63,775 nt of DNA from Chiloscyllium plagiosum. Its lineage: Eukaryota. Below the pieces are notes generated by a model, which saw only the letters and a program-made list of their open reading frames with translations, made no database searches and had not been told where the DNA came from. The DNA lies in assembly GCF_004010195.1 (NCBI RefSeq), contig NC_057720.1, forward strand, positions 29,548,350 through 29,612,124, in the 5' to 3' direction. A program made the translations under genes and the position numbers. This document shows, in pieces, positions 1-13,407 of this stretch (its first letter is position 1; each line of letters begins with the position of its first letter).

Positions 1-1590
1 TAAGCTGCTAGTCCTGCCCATCCCTGAGCCATGAAACCGTAATTGCTATGATATCCCAGTCCCATGTTCCTTACCATGCCGAGTTCATCTGCCTTCCCTA
101 TTAAGCCCCTTGCATTGAAATAAATTCAGTTTAATGTATTAGTCCTACCTTGTCCCTGCCTGCCCTGACTGTTTGACTTGCTTCTGTTCTCAACTGTACC
201 CGTCTCAGATTGATCTCTTTCCTCACTATCTCCCTGGGTCTCAACTCCTACCTTACTAGTTTAAATTCTCCCGAGCAGATCTAGCAAATCTCCCTGAAAG
301 TATATTAGTCCCCTTCCAATTTAGGTGCAAACCATCCTTCTACCCCAAAAGAAATTCCAATGATCCAAAAATGTGAAACCTTCTCCCATACACCAGCTCC
401 TCAGCCATGTATTCATCTGTTCTATCCTCCTATTCCTGCCCTCACTAGCTCATAGTACCGGGAGTAATCCAGATATTACTACTCTTGAGGACGTCCTTTT
501 TAAATTCCTGCCTAACTCTCTGTAATCCCCCTTCATAAACTCAACTTTTTCCCTTCCTATGTCATTAGTTCCAATGTGGACAATGACCTCTTGCTGGCCC
601 CTCTCCCACTTGAGAACATTCTGCACCCTCTGAGACATCTTTGATCCTGGCACCAGGGAAGCAACACACTATTCTGATTTTTTCGCTGCTGGCCACAGAA
701 ATGTCTGTCTGTACCTTGGACTAGAGAGTCCCCTAACACAATTGATCTCTTGAAACCCGATGTACTCCTCATTGCATTAGAGCCAGTCTCAATACCAGAA
801 ACCTGGCTGTTTGTGCTACATTCCCCTGAGAATCCATCACCCCTTACATTTTTCAAAACAGCATACCTGTTTGAAATGGGTATATCCACAAAAGACTCCT
901 GCACTAGTTGCCTACCTTTCTTACCCTTCCTGGAGTTAACCCATCTATGTAACTGTATCGGAGACTTTCCCCACTTCCTGTAACTGCCATCCATCACATA
1001 CTGTTGCTGTTGCAAATTCCTCATTGCTTCAAACTGTCTCTCGAACCGATCCATTCGATCTGATAAGATTCGCAACCAACAGCATTTATTGCAGATATAA
1101 TCCACAATAACCCTCAAACTCTCTTTAAACTGACATCTGACAAGAAGCACATATCACTCTACTAAAGGCCATTTTTGCTGCTTCACAATCTACAGACCCA
1201 GAAAATAACACCATCTTATTCCTCTCCAAAACACTGCCCCAGGTTAAATTAGTAGCTATGGCTTATATTTTAAGTTTAATCATATCTCAAAAAACATATA
1301 ATCAATAAAGAACTCACTCTACTCACTACTGCGGACTTTCTATTGGTGCACTTAAAAACAATTAACTTATCTGCTTCTGTGCTGTGAACTTCACCCAAAC
1401 AGTTCCTCCAAGATCAGTTGTGAATTTCACTGTTTGTTAATTTTCTCAGAAGCACTCCAATGGCCAGCAATACATAAATTCAAAAAGCAAAGGCAGTAAC
1501 TGTGCAGGTTCACTGCCTTGTCAGTTTCTTTCTCTCTCTATCTCTCTTGCACTGACCTCACCATGTGCTTCCTTTGTCTGTTCTTCTCCC
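1..1590 (-). mobile_element. 5' part of a CR1/HER1-type LINE (partial 5'UTR, decayed ORF1 zinc finger + SGNH esterase, start of ORF2 APE endonuclease), running off the window start
   Basis: ORF1 ATG at 1172-1170 followed by C-x2-C and YICNKC. Esterase motifs IVLGDSLV, VIVHIGTNDIG and DGLHLN. ORF2 start (YFNARG...KADEL) near 70-130. Frameshifts present. Colinear and highly similar to 9740-11210. Confidence 0.92.
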
Positions 1591-1644
1591 TAGCCCAACT
1601 CCACAGCACTTCAGACACTACGCTGTAGGGCTTGACCATTATCA

Positions 1645-1872
1645 AGGTGCAGAAGGAAAACTCACACCCTGCTTTAAAGATACGGAACCAGGAGATACTG
1701 GTGGATGGAGTGGTGGAGAGGAGGCCCATCCACTATGGTGCAGACTGGCAAAGCAGACCCAGCCAGCCTGCATCCATAAGTGGTCCATATCTGTGCCATT
1801 TCTTGGAGATTACAAAATACTCAGAAATGTAAGTAGAAAGTTAGTGATCATCTGCTCTCCACACGGCTAAGT
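1645..1872 (+). mobile_element. Degenerate Myb/SANT-like fragment, probably a PIF/Harbinger transposon accessory ORF remnant
   Basis: Across frameshifts reads GKLTPCFKDTE/EILVDGVVERRPIHYG...W...RN..RK..D, resembling Harbinger/TSNARE1-type Myb domains. Recognition by eye only. Confidence 0.4.
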
Positions 1873-2349
1873 GTCACCAAATTCCCTCTGGTATCTCAAT
1901 TCACTCTAACTCTGCTGCTGCTCAGCAAGATTCTCAAGGCTACAACTCTCACTATTGTATGCAGCATCTCCATTCAATTTCTGTCATTTACTTAACCTTT
2001 CTGTCCTCTGAGCTTACTACCTGTCCATTGGGAACACTCTCACTACCTCTGCTGCTCATGCATCAGAAGTAATTGCTCTTCCATCCACTTCCACCTTACT
2101 CAATCCCTCCTTTTGTCTCATGGCTGGCAAATCAACTGGGGCGAGGGGGAAAAAGGTGAGTGCTGGGGGACAGGAACATTCAGCTCCTCATACCCCTATT
2201 AGAACAGGATCCTAGAGATGACAAGAGATGATCAAGATGGCTAATATGAGTACACTGAAAGTTCCATGTCTTGCCAACTCAATAAGCTTATTGTGCTGCA
2301 CTGCCCTTCCATTATCAAGTATGTTAAATCATTCCTAAGTTTCTCAAGC

Positions 2350-2720
2350 TTCTACCCCTACTGCACAGCAATGCCCTCTCTGGAGTATAGCAGGCACCAG
2401 CAACACTCATACAACACATCAGCATTTCCCCAGCTCAGAGAAGCAAACCACTCAACCATCAGAAGATGCACCAACAAGGCTTTCACCTGCACCCTTCACC
2501 AGCTCAGAGACTTTCAGCTCTAAGCGTAGGCAAACTAGATTAAATTTGAAAGTACAGTCTGGTGAGCACATCACTGATATGTCTTTGGAGCTGGCTGAGT
2601 AAGAAATGACCAACTCTCTAGGACTTAAGAAAACTGCTGAAGTAAAGGCATTTCTCAGATTCTGGCAGAAGATGATCCCATGGTATTCACCTTTAAAAAT
2701 TTCATGCAAATGCACAGCAA
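2350..2720 (+). mobile_element. Possible old RTE-type LINE fragment
   Basis: LREANHSTIRRCTN resembles the RTE inter-domain LR.AR....ARRCAN motif. Highly degenerate. Confidence 0.3.
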
Positions 2721-3099
2721 ATAGGTTTGTCAGAAGGAATCGCTAAACCAGATCAAGGTTGGACGAGTCAACCAATATTAAAAGTATTGTATTGCTTACT
2801 TCTGTATTTTCTGCTTTAGGTATAACAATAACATCAGCACTCGCCTTACTGCATCCATTCAGTATCAGTGTGCTGATATTTTGTGGGGAGTATCAGAACC
2901 AGAAGGTTTTATATGATGTGATTCTTGAGCAATTGCACCACATAAACAAGGCTTCATCTTAGGGTATAAAACACAATATCTTCCTAAAGGAGGACAATAC
3001 AATACCTCTACATGGACATCTGAATTATTTCATCTCATCTGAATGTAAGTAGCACAAGCCATTTTGCCAAATAATAATGAGAGGTTATAGGTCTGATAA

Positions 3100-3475
3100 G
3101 ACATCAAGGAGCAGAAAACGATAATGGTGGTTGTAGATAGACTCAAAAGTGTAGAAACTATGTTGAGAAAGCACTAAACAGGAAATTAGAGATGCAAGCA
3201 GCAATGGTAACCTGTAATTATGGGCAACTTCAAATTGCATATAGATTGGGCAAATCAAATCAGTAACAAAACCATTAGGGAAGGAATTCCTGGAGTGTAT
3301 ACGGTATGGTTTTCAGGGTCAATATGTTGAGGAACCAATTACAGAACAGGCCATCCTAGATTGTGCAATGAGAAAGGAATAATTGGCAATCTAGCTGTGC
3401 AAGGCCCTTGGGAAAGAGTGACTATAATGTAATGGAATTATTCATTAAGATGGGGAGTAATGTAGTTGATTCTGA
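3100..3475 (+). mobile_element. CR1 ORF2 APE endonuclease fragment (decayed)
   Basis: Reads IMGNFKLHIDWANQI...EFLECIR...QYVEEP..EQAILD...PLGKSDYN, the GDFN/PTR/SDH motifs of APE. Confidence 0.8.
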
Positions 3476-4465
3476 CACAATTTTACCATCTGAAAAAAAA
3501 AATCACAGAGTAAGTCCTTTTCTCAGCAGCTTCTTTTTAAGAGACATGAATTTTAACTGATGAATAAAGAAGTTTAATCTCTCTAAATTGATCTGTTAAT
3601 GTCGTCCATATCTTTTGAAGATACTGCTACGTTTTGGCTGTTAATCCGGAGGTGTACAGTCTGTGGAGACTTACATTCCAAATTGCTAATTGAATCTTAA
3701 TGTCTTGCTTTTCTGCATTGGACACACCCAAATCTAGAAACCCTAATTCTGAATGCTATTTTAAACATTTTAAATTCTGTTAGGAGGACATCTATGTCTC
3801 AATTTAAATTAGAGAACTTTGTGAGCATTCTGACCATATGCCTTTGACCTTCCCATATTTGCTATCAATCTGATAAACACCTTGATCACTTTCTTATCTC
3901 TTGTGATCTAAACCGGCCTTTGAATCAGGGCTTCTCTGCTTACCAGCAAGCTGCTTTTTTAATGGTGTCATCAAGTTAACTGGATGGATGGCTTGCAATG
4001 AAAAGTTGACTGAGGTCACACTTTCTCAATATCACCCTTTGCCTGCAGCATAGTGACCCTCAGATTAAATTACCAACTCTGTCAATGAGAAAGTGAGACT
4101 ATGGTGGCTTTTAGTTTTAGCACTCTTCACTGTAACAAACAAAGCCATTGAGGATGGTCTCATGTCCTTTAGCATGATTCAAGAGTTTATAACATATGTT
4201 TCATCTGTAGATTGCTTGCTGGCTGTCCAAGTGCTACAGACCTCATCAGCGCATTGTTTCCTACTGCAGTTCATCATGCCATGTTAATGATAATGATCTA
4301 ATAAACAATTACCCTTCAGGGGTTGATTAACTCTGTGGGTCAGTTTATTTAAAACTGGAAAAGTGATTAGCGTTATGAAGTAGATATTATAAAAATCATC
4401 CATAACTGTGGGCACAACTTGCAAATTCACAATATATTACCAGACAAAATCACAACATTGTATAC

Positions 4466-5993
4466 AAAGAACAATGAACAGTCAGCACAAGAACAGGCCC
4501 TTCAGCCCACCAAGAGTGTCCCAACACATGCTGCCTTCTCAACTAAAAACCTTTTGTCTATACACATTCCTAGGAATGATCCTCAGCACAACACTGTGGG
4601 CCAAAGGGCCTGTTCTGTGCTGTACGTTTCTACGTTCCATGTTCTACGTTCATTCTGTACCCCTCTATTCCCTGCATCTTCATATATCTATCAAGATGCC
4701 TCTTAATCATTGCTACTGTATCTGCCTCTACCACCTCCTCTAGCAGCGTCCTGTATAAAAGACTTGCCTTCTAGATCTCTCTTAAATGTACCCCCTTTTA
4801 CCTTAAAGGTATGTCCCCTAGTAATTGACATTTCTATGCTAGGAAAAAGAATCCGACTATCCATTCCACCCATGCCTCTCATAAGTTTGTAAGCTTCTAT
4901 CAGGTCGTCCCTCATCCTTCAACATTCAAGTGAAAACAAACTAAGTTTGTCCAATATCTCCTCATAGCTAACACCCTCCAAACCAGGCAAAATCCCAGTA
5001 AATCATTTCTGTGCCCTGTGAACTGTACAGAAAATTTCAACTGTTGCCTAACTAAAGGTTGACACAATTGCAACATGACTTGCCAATTTTTATACTCTAT
5101 GCTCTGACCGATGAAGGCAGGCATGCCACAAGCCTTTTTAACCGCCTTAGCTGCTTAACGCTACTTTCAGGGAACTATGGACCTGCATGCCTTGATCCTT
5201 CTGTATGTTGATGATACTGAGACCATAAGACATAGGAGTGGAAGTAAGGCCATTCGGCCCATCACAAATGTCCACTCTGCAAATTTATTGCCATTTGATG
5301 TATACTTCCCTCTTGAATTACATCTCCAAAAAAAATCACCTCGCATTTGTCCAGATTAAACTCCATCTGCCACTTCTCCACCCAAGTCTCCAGCTTACTT
5401 ATATCCTGCCACATCCTCTGGTCATCCTCCTCATTATCAGTAACTCCCCAACCTTTGTGTCATTTGCAAACTTACTAATCAGACCATCTATATTCTCCTC
5501 TAAATCATTTATATACATTGCAATCAACAGAAGTCCCAGCATTGATCCCTGCAGAACACCACTGGTTACAGATCTCCAATGGAAAAAAACACTTTTCCAC
5601 CACTATTTTCTGTCTTTTATGACATCTTACCAGTTCACCATGGCTCCCTTTTTTACGTGGCACCGTAGCTATGAGGAGAGATTGGACAAACTTAGTTTGT
5701 TTTCACTTGAATGTCGATGGATGAGGGATGACCTGATAGAAGCTTACAAAATTATGAGAGGCATGGATGGAATGGATAGTCGGATTCTTTTTCCCAGCAT
5801 AGAAATGTCAATTACGAGGGGACATACCTTTAAGGTAAAAGGGGGTACATTTAAGAGAGATCTGGGAGGCAAGTCTTTTATACCTTTTGTATCAGCCTAC
5901 CTTGAGGGACATTGTTCGAAGGCCTTGCTAAAGTCCATGTCGACAATATCCACTACCTTGTCCTCATCAAGGAGCTTTGTTACTACCTCAAAA
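4466..5993 (-). mobile_element. 5'-truncated older CR1 LINE (RT to 3' tail) with small nested tail fragments and an internal inverted duplication
   Basis: Minus strand gives FEVVTKLLDEDKVVDIVDMDFSKAF, SKFANDTKVG, GQSIEYKNWQVMLQL and MRDDLIEAYK. 3' tail near 4466-4510. Confidence 0.88.
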
Positions 5994-8564
5994 AGGCACA
6001 CAGCACATGGAGTCCTTAAAGGTGAACAGTCTTCAAGGCAAGGTACACATACAACATAAACATCTTTTTTAGCACAACAACATTTCTCCTGGTATATGTA
6101 CCATATCAACACAGTCTTAAAAATATTGTTACGTTACTGACTAGGATTCTGCAAGAATGCAGAGAAATTTAATGAGCCACTTTGCTTGATGTAATCAATA
6201 ACAAGGGAATTGATCATTTTCATTGAGATAGAATTTTTGGAGATACTTTTGAAATTGTTTTGGTCACGCTGTTCCTCAGCAGGACCTGGAATCCATTGCA
6301 GCCTTTCTCTACCCCCTGCCATTCCTCTCCCACTCTGTCATCTCCTATAGGAATACAGCTAGTGTGGGAATCCTACCATGATCCAGCTGGAAATGTTCAA
6401 GTTATTCGATACCCACATAATTGCTGACAGTTGAAAACCCTTTAATACTGAGTTTAGATTGGAATGGGCCAGAATGGAAAATCTCAGCTGTAATGTAAAT
6501 GTACTATCTATTGATTTTAAGGGCCTGAAGATTTAAAGGACGCGGCTTATTATTTTTATATGTCATTGGTAAATCCAACCTATATCAGAATCTCATGGTA
6601 ACTCAAATTTTGCAGTTCAAAAGATGTGCAAGTTACCTGGAAAACTTAATTTAATCATTATATAATTGGCAACATGTGGATCTACAATCAAAGATAAAGA
6701 ATCCTCCTTAATGTATTCACTGGAAATCACTCACTAGCCTCGCCAAGTCTTCATTGCTGAAATTGTCAAAGATATCACTTGCTGAGGCTTGATTGGGCCT
6801 TCTGCAAGAAAGCTGATAGTCACTTTGAAGTTTTTAATTTCAACTAAAACATTACAAACTGCTTGAGCACCTAGTTCTCTTTTCTTCCCATCCCTCTTGC
6901 TCTGGTAAACAGCTGAGATGTACTTAAGAGTCAGAAATGTACAGCATAGAAACAGACCCTCGGTCCAACCTGTCCATGCCGACCAGATATCCCAACCCAA
7001 TCTAGTCCCACCTGCCAGTACCCGGCCCATATCCCTCCAAATCCTTCCTATTCATATACCCATCCAAATGCCTCTTAAATGTTGCAATTGTACCAACCTC
7101 CACCACATCCTCTGGCAGCTCATTCCACATACCACCCTCTGCATGAAAAACTTGCCCCTTAGGTCTTTTATATCTTTCCCCTCTCACCCTAAACCTATGC
7201 CCTCTAGTTCTGGACTCCCTGAACCCAGGGAAAAGACTTAGTCTATTTATCCTATCCATGCCCCTCAATTTTGTAATCCTCTATAAGGTCACCCCTCAGC
7301 ATCAGACGCTCCAGAGAAAACAACCCCACCTGTTCAGCCTCTCCCTGCAGCTCAGATCCATCAACCCTGGCAACATCCTTGTAAATCTTTTCTGAACCCT
7401 TTCAAGTTTCACAACATCTTTCCGATAGGAAGGAGATCAGAATTGCACACAATATCCTGTACAGCCGCAACATGACCTCCTAACTCCTGTACTCAATACA
7501 CTGACCAATAAAGGAAAGCATACCAAATGCTTTCTTCTCTATCCTATCTATCTGTGCCTCCACTTTCAAGGAGCTATGAACATGCACTCCAAGGTTTCTT
7601 TGTCCAGCAACACACCCTAGGACTTACCATTAAGTGTATAAGTCCTGCTAAGATTTGCTTTCCCAAAAATGGAGCATCTCGCATTTATCTGAATTAAACT
7701 CCATCTGCCAATTCTCAGCCCATTGGCCCATCTGTTCCAGATCCTGTTGTAATATAAGGTAACCCTCTTCGCTATCCACTACACCTCCAATTTTGGTGTC
7801 ATCTGCAAACTTACTAACTGTACCTATTATGCTCGCATCCAAATCATTTATGTAAATGACAATAAGTAGAGGGCCCAGCACCGATCCTTGTGGCACTCCA
7901 CTGGTCACAGACCTCCAGTCTGAAAAACAACCCTCCACCACCATCACCTCTGTCTTCTCCCTTTGAACCAGTTCTGTATCCAAAGGCTAGTTCTCCCTGT
8001 AATCCATGAGATCTAACCTTGCTAATCAGTCTCCCATGGGGAATCGTGTCGAACGCCTTACTGAAGTCCATATAAATCACATCTACTGCTTTGCCCTCAT
8101 CAATCTTCTTTGTTACTTCTTCAAAAAAAATCATGTTTGTGAGACATGATTTCCCACCCACAAAGCCATGTTGACTATCCCGAATCAGTCCCTGCCTTTC
8201 CAAATACATGTACATCCTGTCCCTCAGGATTCCCTCCAACAACTTGCCCACCACCGAGGTCAGGCTCACTGGTCTATAGTTCCCTGGCTTGTCTTTACCG
8301 CCCTTCTTAAACAGTGGCACCACATTTGCCAACCTCCAGTCTTCCGGCACCTCACCTGTGACTATCGACGATATAAATATCTCAGCAAGAGACCCAGCAA
8401 TCACTTCGAGCTTCCCACAGAGTTCTAGGGTACACCTGATCAGGTCCTGGGGATTTATCCACCTTTAAGTGTTTCAAGACATCCAGTACTTCCTCCTCTG
8501 TAATCTGGACATTTTGCAAGATGTCACCATTATTTCCCTACAATCTATATCTTCCATATCCTTT

Positions 8565-8885
8565 GGGCGCACAGTGGCACAGTGGTTAGCACTGCTGCCT
8601 CACAGCGCCAGAGACCCAGGTTCAACTCCCGCCTCAGGCGACTCTGTGTGGAGTTTGCACATTCTCCCCGTGTCTGTGTGGATTTCCTCCAGGTGCTCCG
8701 GTTTCCTCCCACAATCCAAAAATGTGCAGGTTAGGTGAATTGGCCATGATAAATTGCCCATAGTGTTAGGTGAAGGGGTAAACGTAGGAGTATGGGTCTG
8801 GGTGGTATACGCTTCGGCGGGTCGGTGTGGACTTGTTGGGCCGAAGGGCCTGTTTCCACACTTTAAGTAATCTAATCTAATCTAA
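8565..8885 (+). mobile_element. HE1-type V-SINE inserted in the LINE
   Basis: tRNA-like head with A-box (tggcacagtggttagc) and B-box (ggttcaactcc). V-domain gtgctccggtttcctcccaca. CR1-like tail and (tctaa)n end. Confidence 0.93.
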
Positions 8886-9359
8886 TTTTCCACAGTAAAT
8901 ACTGATGCAAAATATTCATTTAGTATCTCCCCATTTTCTGAGGCTCAACACAAAGGCCGCCTTGCTGATTTTCGATGGGCCCTATTCTCTACCTAGTTAC
9001 TCTTTTGTCCTTAATATATTTTTAAAACCACTTTGGATTCTCCTTAATTCTATTTGCCAAAGCTATCTCATGTCCCAGTTTTGCCCTCCTGATTTCCTTC
9101 TTAGGTATATTCCTACTTATTTTATACTCTAAGGATTCACTCGATTTCTCTTGTCTATACCTTAATATGCTTCCTTCTTTTTCTTAACCAAACCCTCAAT
9201 TTCTTTAGTCATCCAGCATTCTCTATACCTACCAGCCTTCCCTTTCACCCTGACAGGAATATACTTTCTCTGGATTCTTGTTATCTCATTTATGAAGGCT
9301 TCCCATTTTCCAGCCGTCCCTTTACCTGCGAACAACTGCCTCCAATCAACTTTCAAAAG

Positions 9360-9534
9360 TTAGATTCCTGACAGCCTTTTGGCCCAACAAGTCCACACCT
9401 ACCCTCCGAAGAGTAACCCACTCAGACCCATTTCCCTCTGACGAATGTACCTAACACTTTGGACAATTTAGCATGGCCAATCCACCTAACCTGCAAATTT
9501 TTAGACTGTGGGAGGAAACCGGAGCACCCAGAGG
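9360..9534 (-). mobile_element. 5'-truncated HE1-type V-SINE
   Basis: Reverse complement of the V-domain (ggaggaaaccggagcaccc) and the tail (ggcccaacaagtccacac). Confidence 0.88.
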
Positions 9535-12500
9535 AATAATACAATCCCAATAATGTGATCATCCCTTTCTTATTTGTCAGTTCCACCCAAATAACTTCCC
9601 TGGATGTATTTCCGGGAATATCCTCCCTCAGCACAGCTGTCATGCTATCCCTTATCAAAAATACTACTACCCCTCCTCTCTTGCCTCCCTTTCAATCCTT
9701 CCTGTCGCATTTGTATCCTGGAACATTAAGCTGCCAGTCCTGCTCATCCCTGAGCCATGTTTCCGTAATTGCTATGATATCCCAGTCCCATGTTCCTAAC
9801 CATGCCCTGAGTTCATCTGCCTTCCCTGTTAGGCCCCTTGCATTGAAATAAATGCAGTTTAATTTATTAGTCATAACTTGTCCCTGCCTGCCCATGACTG
9901 TTTGACTCATTTCTGTTCTCAGCTGTACCCGTCTTACATCGATCTCTTTCCTCACTATCTCCCTGGGTCCCAGCCCCCCACCTTACTAGTTTAAATCCTC
10001 CCNNNNNNNNNNNNNNNNNNNNNNNNNNNNNNNNNNNNNNNNNNNNNNNNNNNNNNNNNNNNNNNNNNNNNNNNNNNNNNNNNNNNNNNNNNCATAGCAC
10101 TGGGAGTAATCCAGATATTACTACCCTTGAGGACCTCCTTTTTAAATTTCTGCCTTAGTCTCTGTAATCTCCCTTCAGAATCTCAATCTTTTCCCTTCCA
10201 ATGTCGTTGGTTCCAATGTGGACAATGACCTCCTGCTGGACCCTCTCCCCCGTGAGAACATTCAGCACCCTTTCCGAGACATCCTTGATCCTAACACCAG
10301 CGAAACAACACACCATTTTGCTTTTTCTCTGCTGGCCACAGAAACATCTGTCTGTACCTCTGACTACAGAATCCCCTAACACAATTGATCTCTTGGAAGC
10401 CAATGTACCCCTCATTGCATTAGAGCCAGTCTCAATACCAGAAACTTAACTGTTCGTGCTACGTTCCCCTAAGAATCCATCATCTACATTTTCCAAAACA
10501 GCATACCTGTTTGAAATGGGTATATCCACAAAAGACTCCTGCACTAGCTGCCTACCTTTCTTACCCTTCCTGGAGTTAACCCATCTATGTAACTGTATCT
10601 GAGACTTTCCCCCCTTCCTATAACTGCCATCAATCACATACTGTTGCTATTGCAAATTCCTCATCGCTTCTATCTGTCTCTCCAACCGATCCACTCGATC
10701 TGATAAGATTCACATCCAACAGCATTTATGGCAGATATAATCTGCAGTAACCCTTAAACTCTTTAAACTCCCACATCTGACAAGAAGTACATATCAGTGC
10801 AAAGGCCATTTTTGCTCCTTCACAATCTACAGACCCAGAAAATAACACCATCTTATTCCTCTAAAAACACTGCCACAGGTTAAATTAATAGCTATGGCTT
10901 ATATTTTAAGTTTAATCAAGAGACTTATCTCCAAAAAACATATAATCATGAAAGAATCCACTATACTCACTACTGCAGCCTTTCTCTTGGACAGACTTAA
11001 AACAACAATTAACTTATCTGATTTTATGCTGTGAACTTCACCCAACAGTCCCTCCAAGATTAGTTGTGAATTTCACTGTTTATTAATCATCCCAGCTGCA
11101 CTCCGATGTCCAGCAATACATGAATACAAACAGCAAAGGTAACAACTGTGCAGGTTCTCTCTTTTTCTCTCCTGCACTGTCCTCGCCATGTGCTTCCTTT
11201 GTCTGCTCTTCTCCCTTTTAAACTGCTGTTGTTTTGACTTTTTTTTCCAAAGTTCCAAAACAATGCAACAGCATATAAAACAGTAATTGCTGCTCCTGGA
11301 ATTCGAGGAAATCACTTCCAACACCTAAAATACCTCAAAAAAAGAAGCAGCTCTTACAGCCAGAAATTTTTCCTGTCCTCCATCTTGGATTACCCAGAAT
11401 CCTGTTATTAAAGTGATATAATCATGTATTAGTGCTACATTGATTGGGAAATCTTTCCATGATGACAAGACAGTTGACAGAGTCTGTCGCAAGCGTTCTT
11501 TGTTTGTAGGAGGAAGGATTGATGAACCTATGTCGTCCACCTCAATAGTGTTTAAAGGTGAAAGTAACATCAATCTCAGTCATTCATCTTTATGATGGTT
11601 TAGTCTGGGCTAGTGTGCTATGAGATATCAGTATTGTTGACAGATTAGATTAGGCAGTAAGGGCTGTTCTGGGGCTGAGGTGCGCATTTCTTAATAAAAT
11701 AAATCAGGAGTCCCAGATCTCCATTTTCTAAACGGTTGAAACTTGCAGTAAAGAGGATAGGTATGGGGAGCCATTAATTTCTCTTCAACTTTTGTTCTGT
11801 TATTAACTTGAATTTTGAGCTGAAATTCTAATTAATTTAAAACTTACCCACTTGTACTGATTTAAAGTCAGGTCTGTGGTGTTAACAACACAGTGTATGA
11901 TATATGAAAGGGATGCAGGAACAATTAGTCACTGTGTATTTTCATAATAAGGGGATATTCACCTATATTCAGGCACTGCCTGAGATAAAACAATAAAATA
12001 ATTGAACAGTGACATTTAAGTTTGAGAGCCATCAAGAATATTGGTAACATCAAAGCACATATATCATGACCAGAATTTTATTAGGGAAGGAAATACTGAC
12101 TTAGTAAATTGGTTACTGTCGTGACAAACAGGATTTGGGGCGCACAATTCCTGAGTTGTTTTAGACAAAATAATTTAATGATAACTTTATCCAATCACAG
12201 TCTGAGATAAAAGATGTTGTTCAAAACCCATTGAGGCTCTGAATGTTTCCAAAGCTTTGCAAACATTCTGGATTGTGTAACTGAGATCGTAAAGTCCCTT
12301 AATAACATGAATAAACAAAAAAAGGTATAATATAGGACAAGAAAGGGACTTTGTAGGAAGAGATGCAAGAAGAGCAAATTCACAAGAATTATTTTCATTT
12401 CTACTTCCTTCTTGATCAATGGTAGAAGTGTCCAATAGTTTCATACTGTACTGTTAGGCACATTCACTTTAGATTAATCATGGCAATGCAATGTTTAAAA

Positions 12501-12675
12501 AATGTGGAACTTTTATTACTTGGAACCTTTGCTTCTGTCATCCCCCTGTGTGAGACTGCCCCCACCATGTTCCATTTTTATTTATTTATTTTTCATCAGA
12601 GAATCATCTTCAATTGCTTCTCTTCTTAATCCAATACAGTAATTTTCATTAATCATCAAAAAAAATCTAATATCG

Positions 12676-13352
12676 TCATAGAGTCATAGAGATGTACAGC
12701 ATAGAAACAGACCATTCGGTCCAACCCGTACATGCTGATCAGATATCCCAACCCAATCTAGTCCCACCTGCCAGCACCTGGCCCATATCCCTCCAAACCC
12801 TTCCTGTTCATATACCCATCCAAATGCCTCTTAAATGTTGCAATTGTACCAGCCTCCACCACATCCCCTAGCAGCTCATTCCATACACATACTACTCTCT
12901 GTGTGAAAGATTTGCCTCGTAGGTCTCTTTTATATCTTTCCCCTCTCACTCTAAACCTATGCCCTCTAGTTCTGGACTCCCCGACCCCAGGGAAAAGACT
13001 TTGTCTATTTACTCTATCCATGCCCCTCATAATTTTATAAACCTCTATAAGGTCACCCCTCAGGCTCAGACCCTCAAGGGAAAACAGCTCCAGCCTGTTC
13101 AACCTCTCCCTATAGCTGAAATCCTCCAACCATGCCAACATCCTTGTAAATCTTTTCTGAACCCTTTCAAGTTTCACAACATCTTTCCAATAGGAAGGAG
13201 ACCAGAATTGCATGCAATATTCCAACAGTGGCCTAACCAATGTCCTGTTCAGCCACAACATGACCTCCCAACTCCTGTACTCAATATTCTGACCAATAAA
13301 AGAAAGCACACCAAACACCTTCTTCATTATCCTATCTACCTGTGACTCTAAC
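12676..13352 (-). mobile_element. 5'-truncated CR1/HER1 LINE 3' end
   Basis: 198-aa ORF with LVRPLLEYCMQFWSP...LERVQKRFTRM...WNELL. (tctatgac)n tail at the low-coordinate end. Confidence 0.93.
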
Positions 13353-13407
13353 AAATTAATAGGAAGGCAGAACTATACCTTTGGTTCAGTCACAAAGTCT
13401 ACATCAT

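Larger units (their letters stand above)
6928..11402 (-). mobile_element. Near-full-length CR1/HER1 LINE (5'UTR, ORF1 zf-esterase, ORF2 APE-RT, 3' tail), inactivated by frameshifts, two SINE insertions and a deletion
   Basis: ORF1 ATG at 10809-10807 with GDS/GTND motifs. ORF2 motifs LNCIYFNARGLTGKADEL, IIAITETW, PGNYRPVSLTSVVGKLLE, YMDFSKAFD, GVPQGSVLGPLL and FADDTK. HER1-like 3' end near 6930-6990. N gap 10003-10092. Confidence 0.95.

Noticed and set aside
5238..6059. 273-aa plus-strand ORF
   Set aside because: Chimera of antisense CR1 sequence and the inverted duplicated CR1 segment; not a gene.
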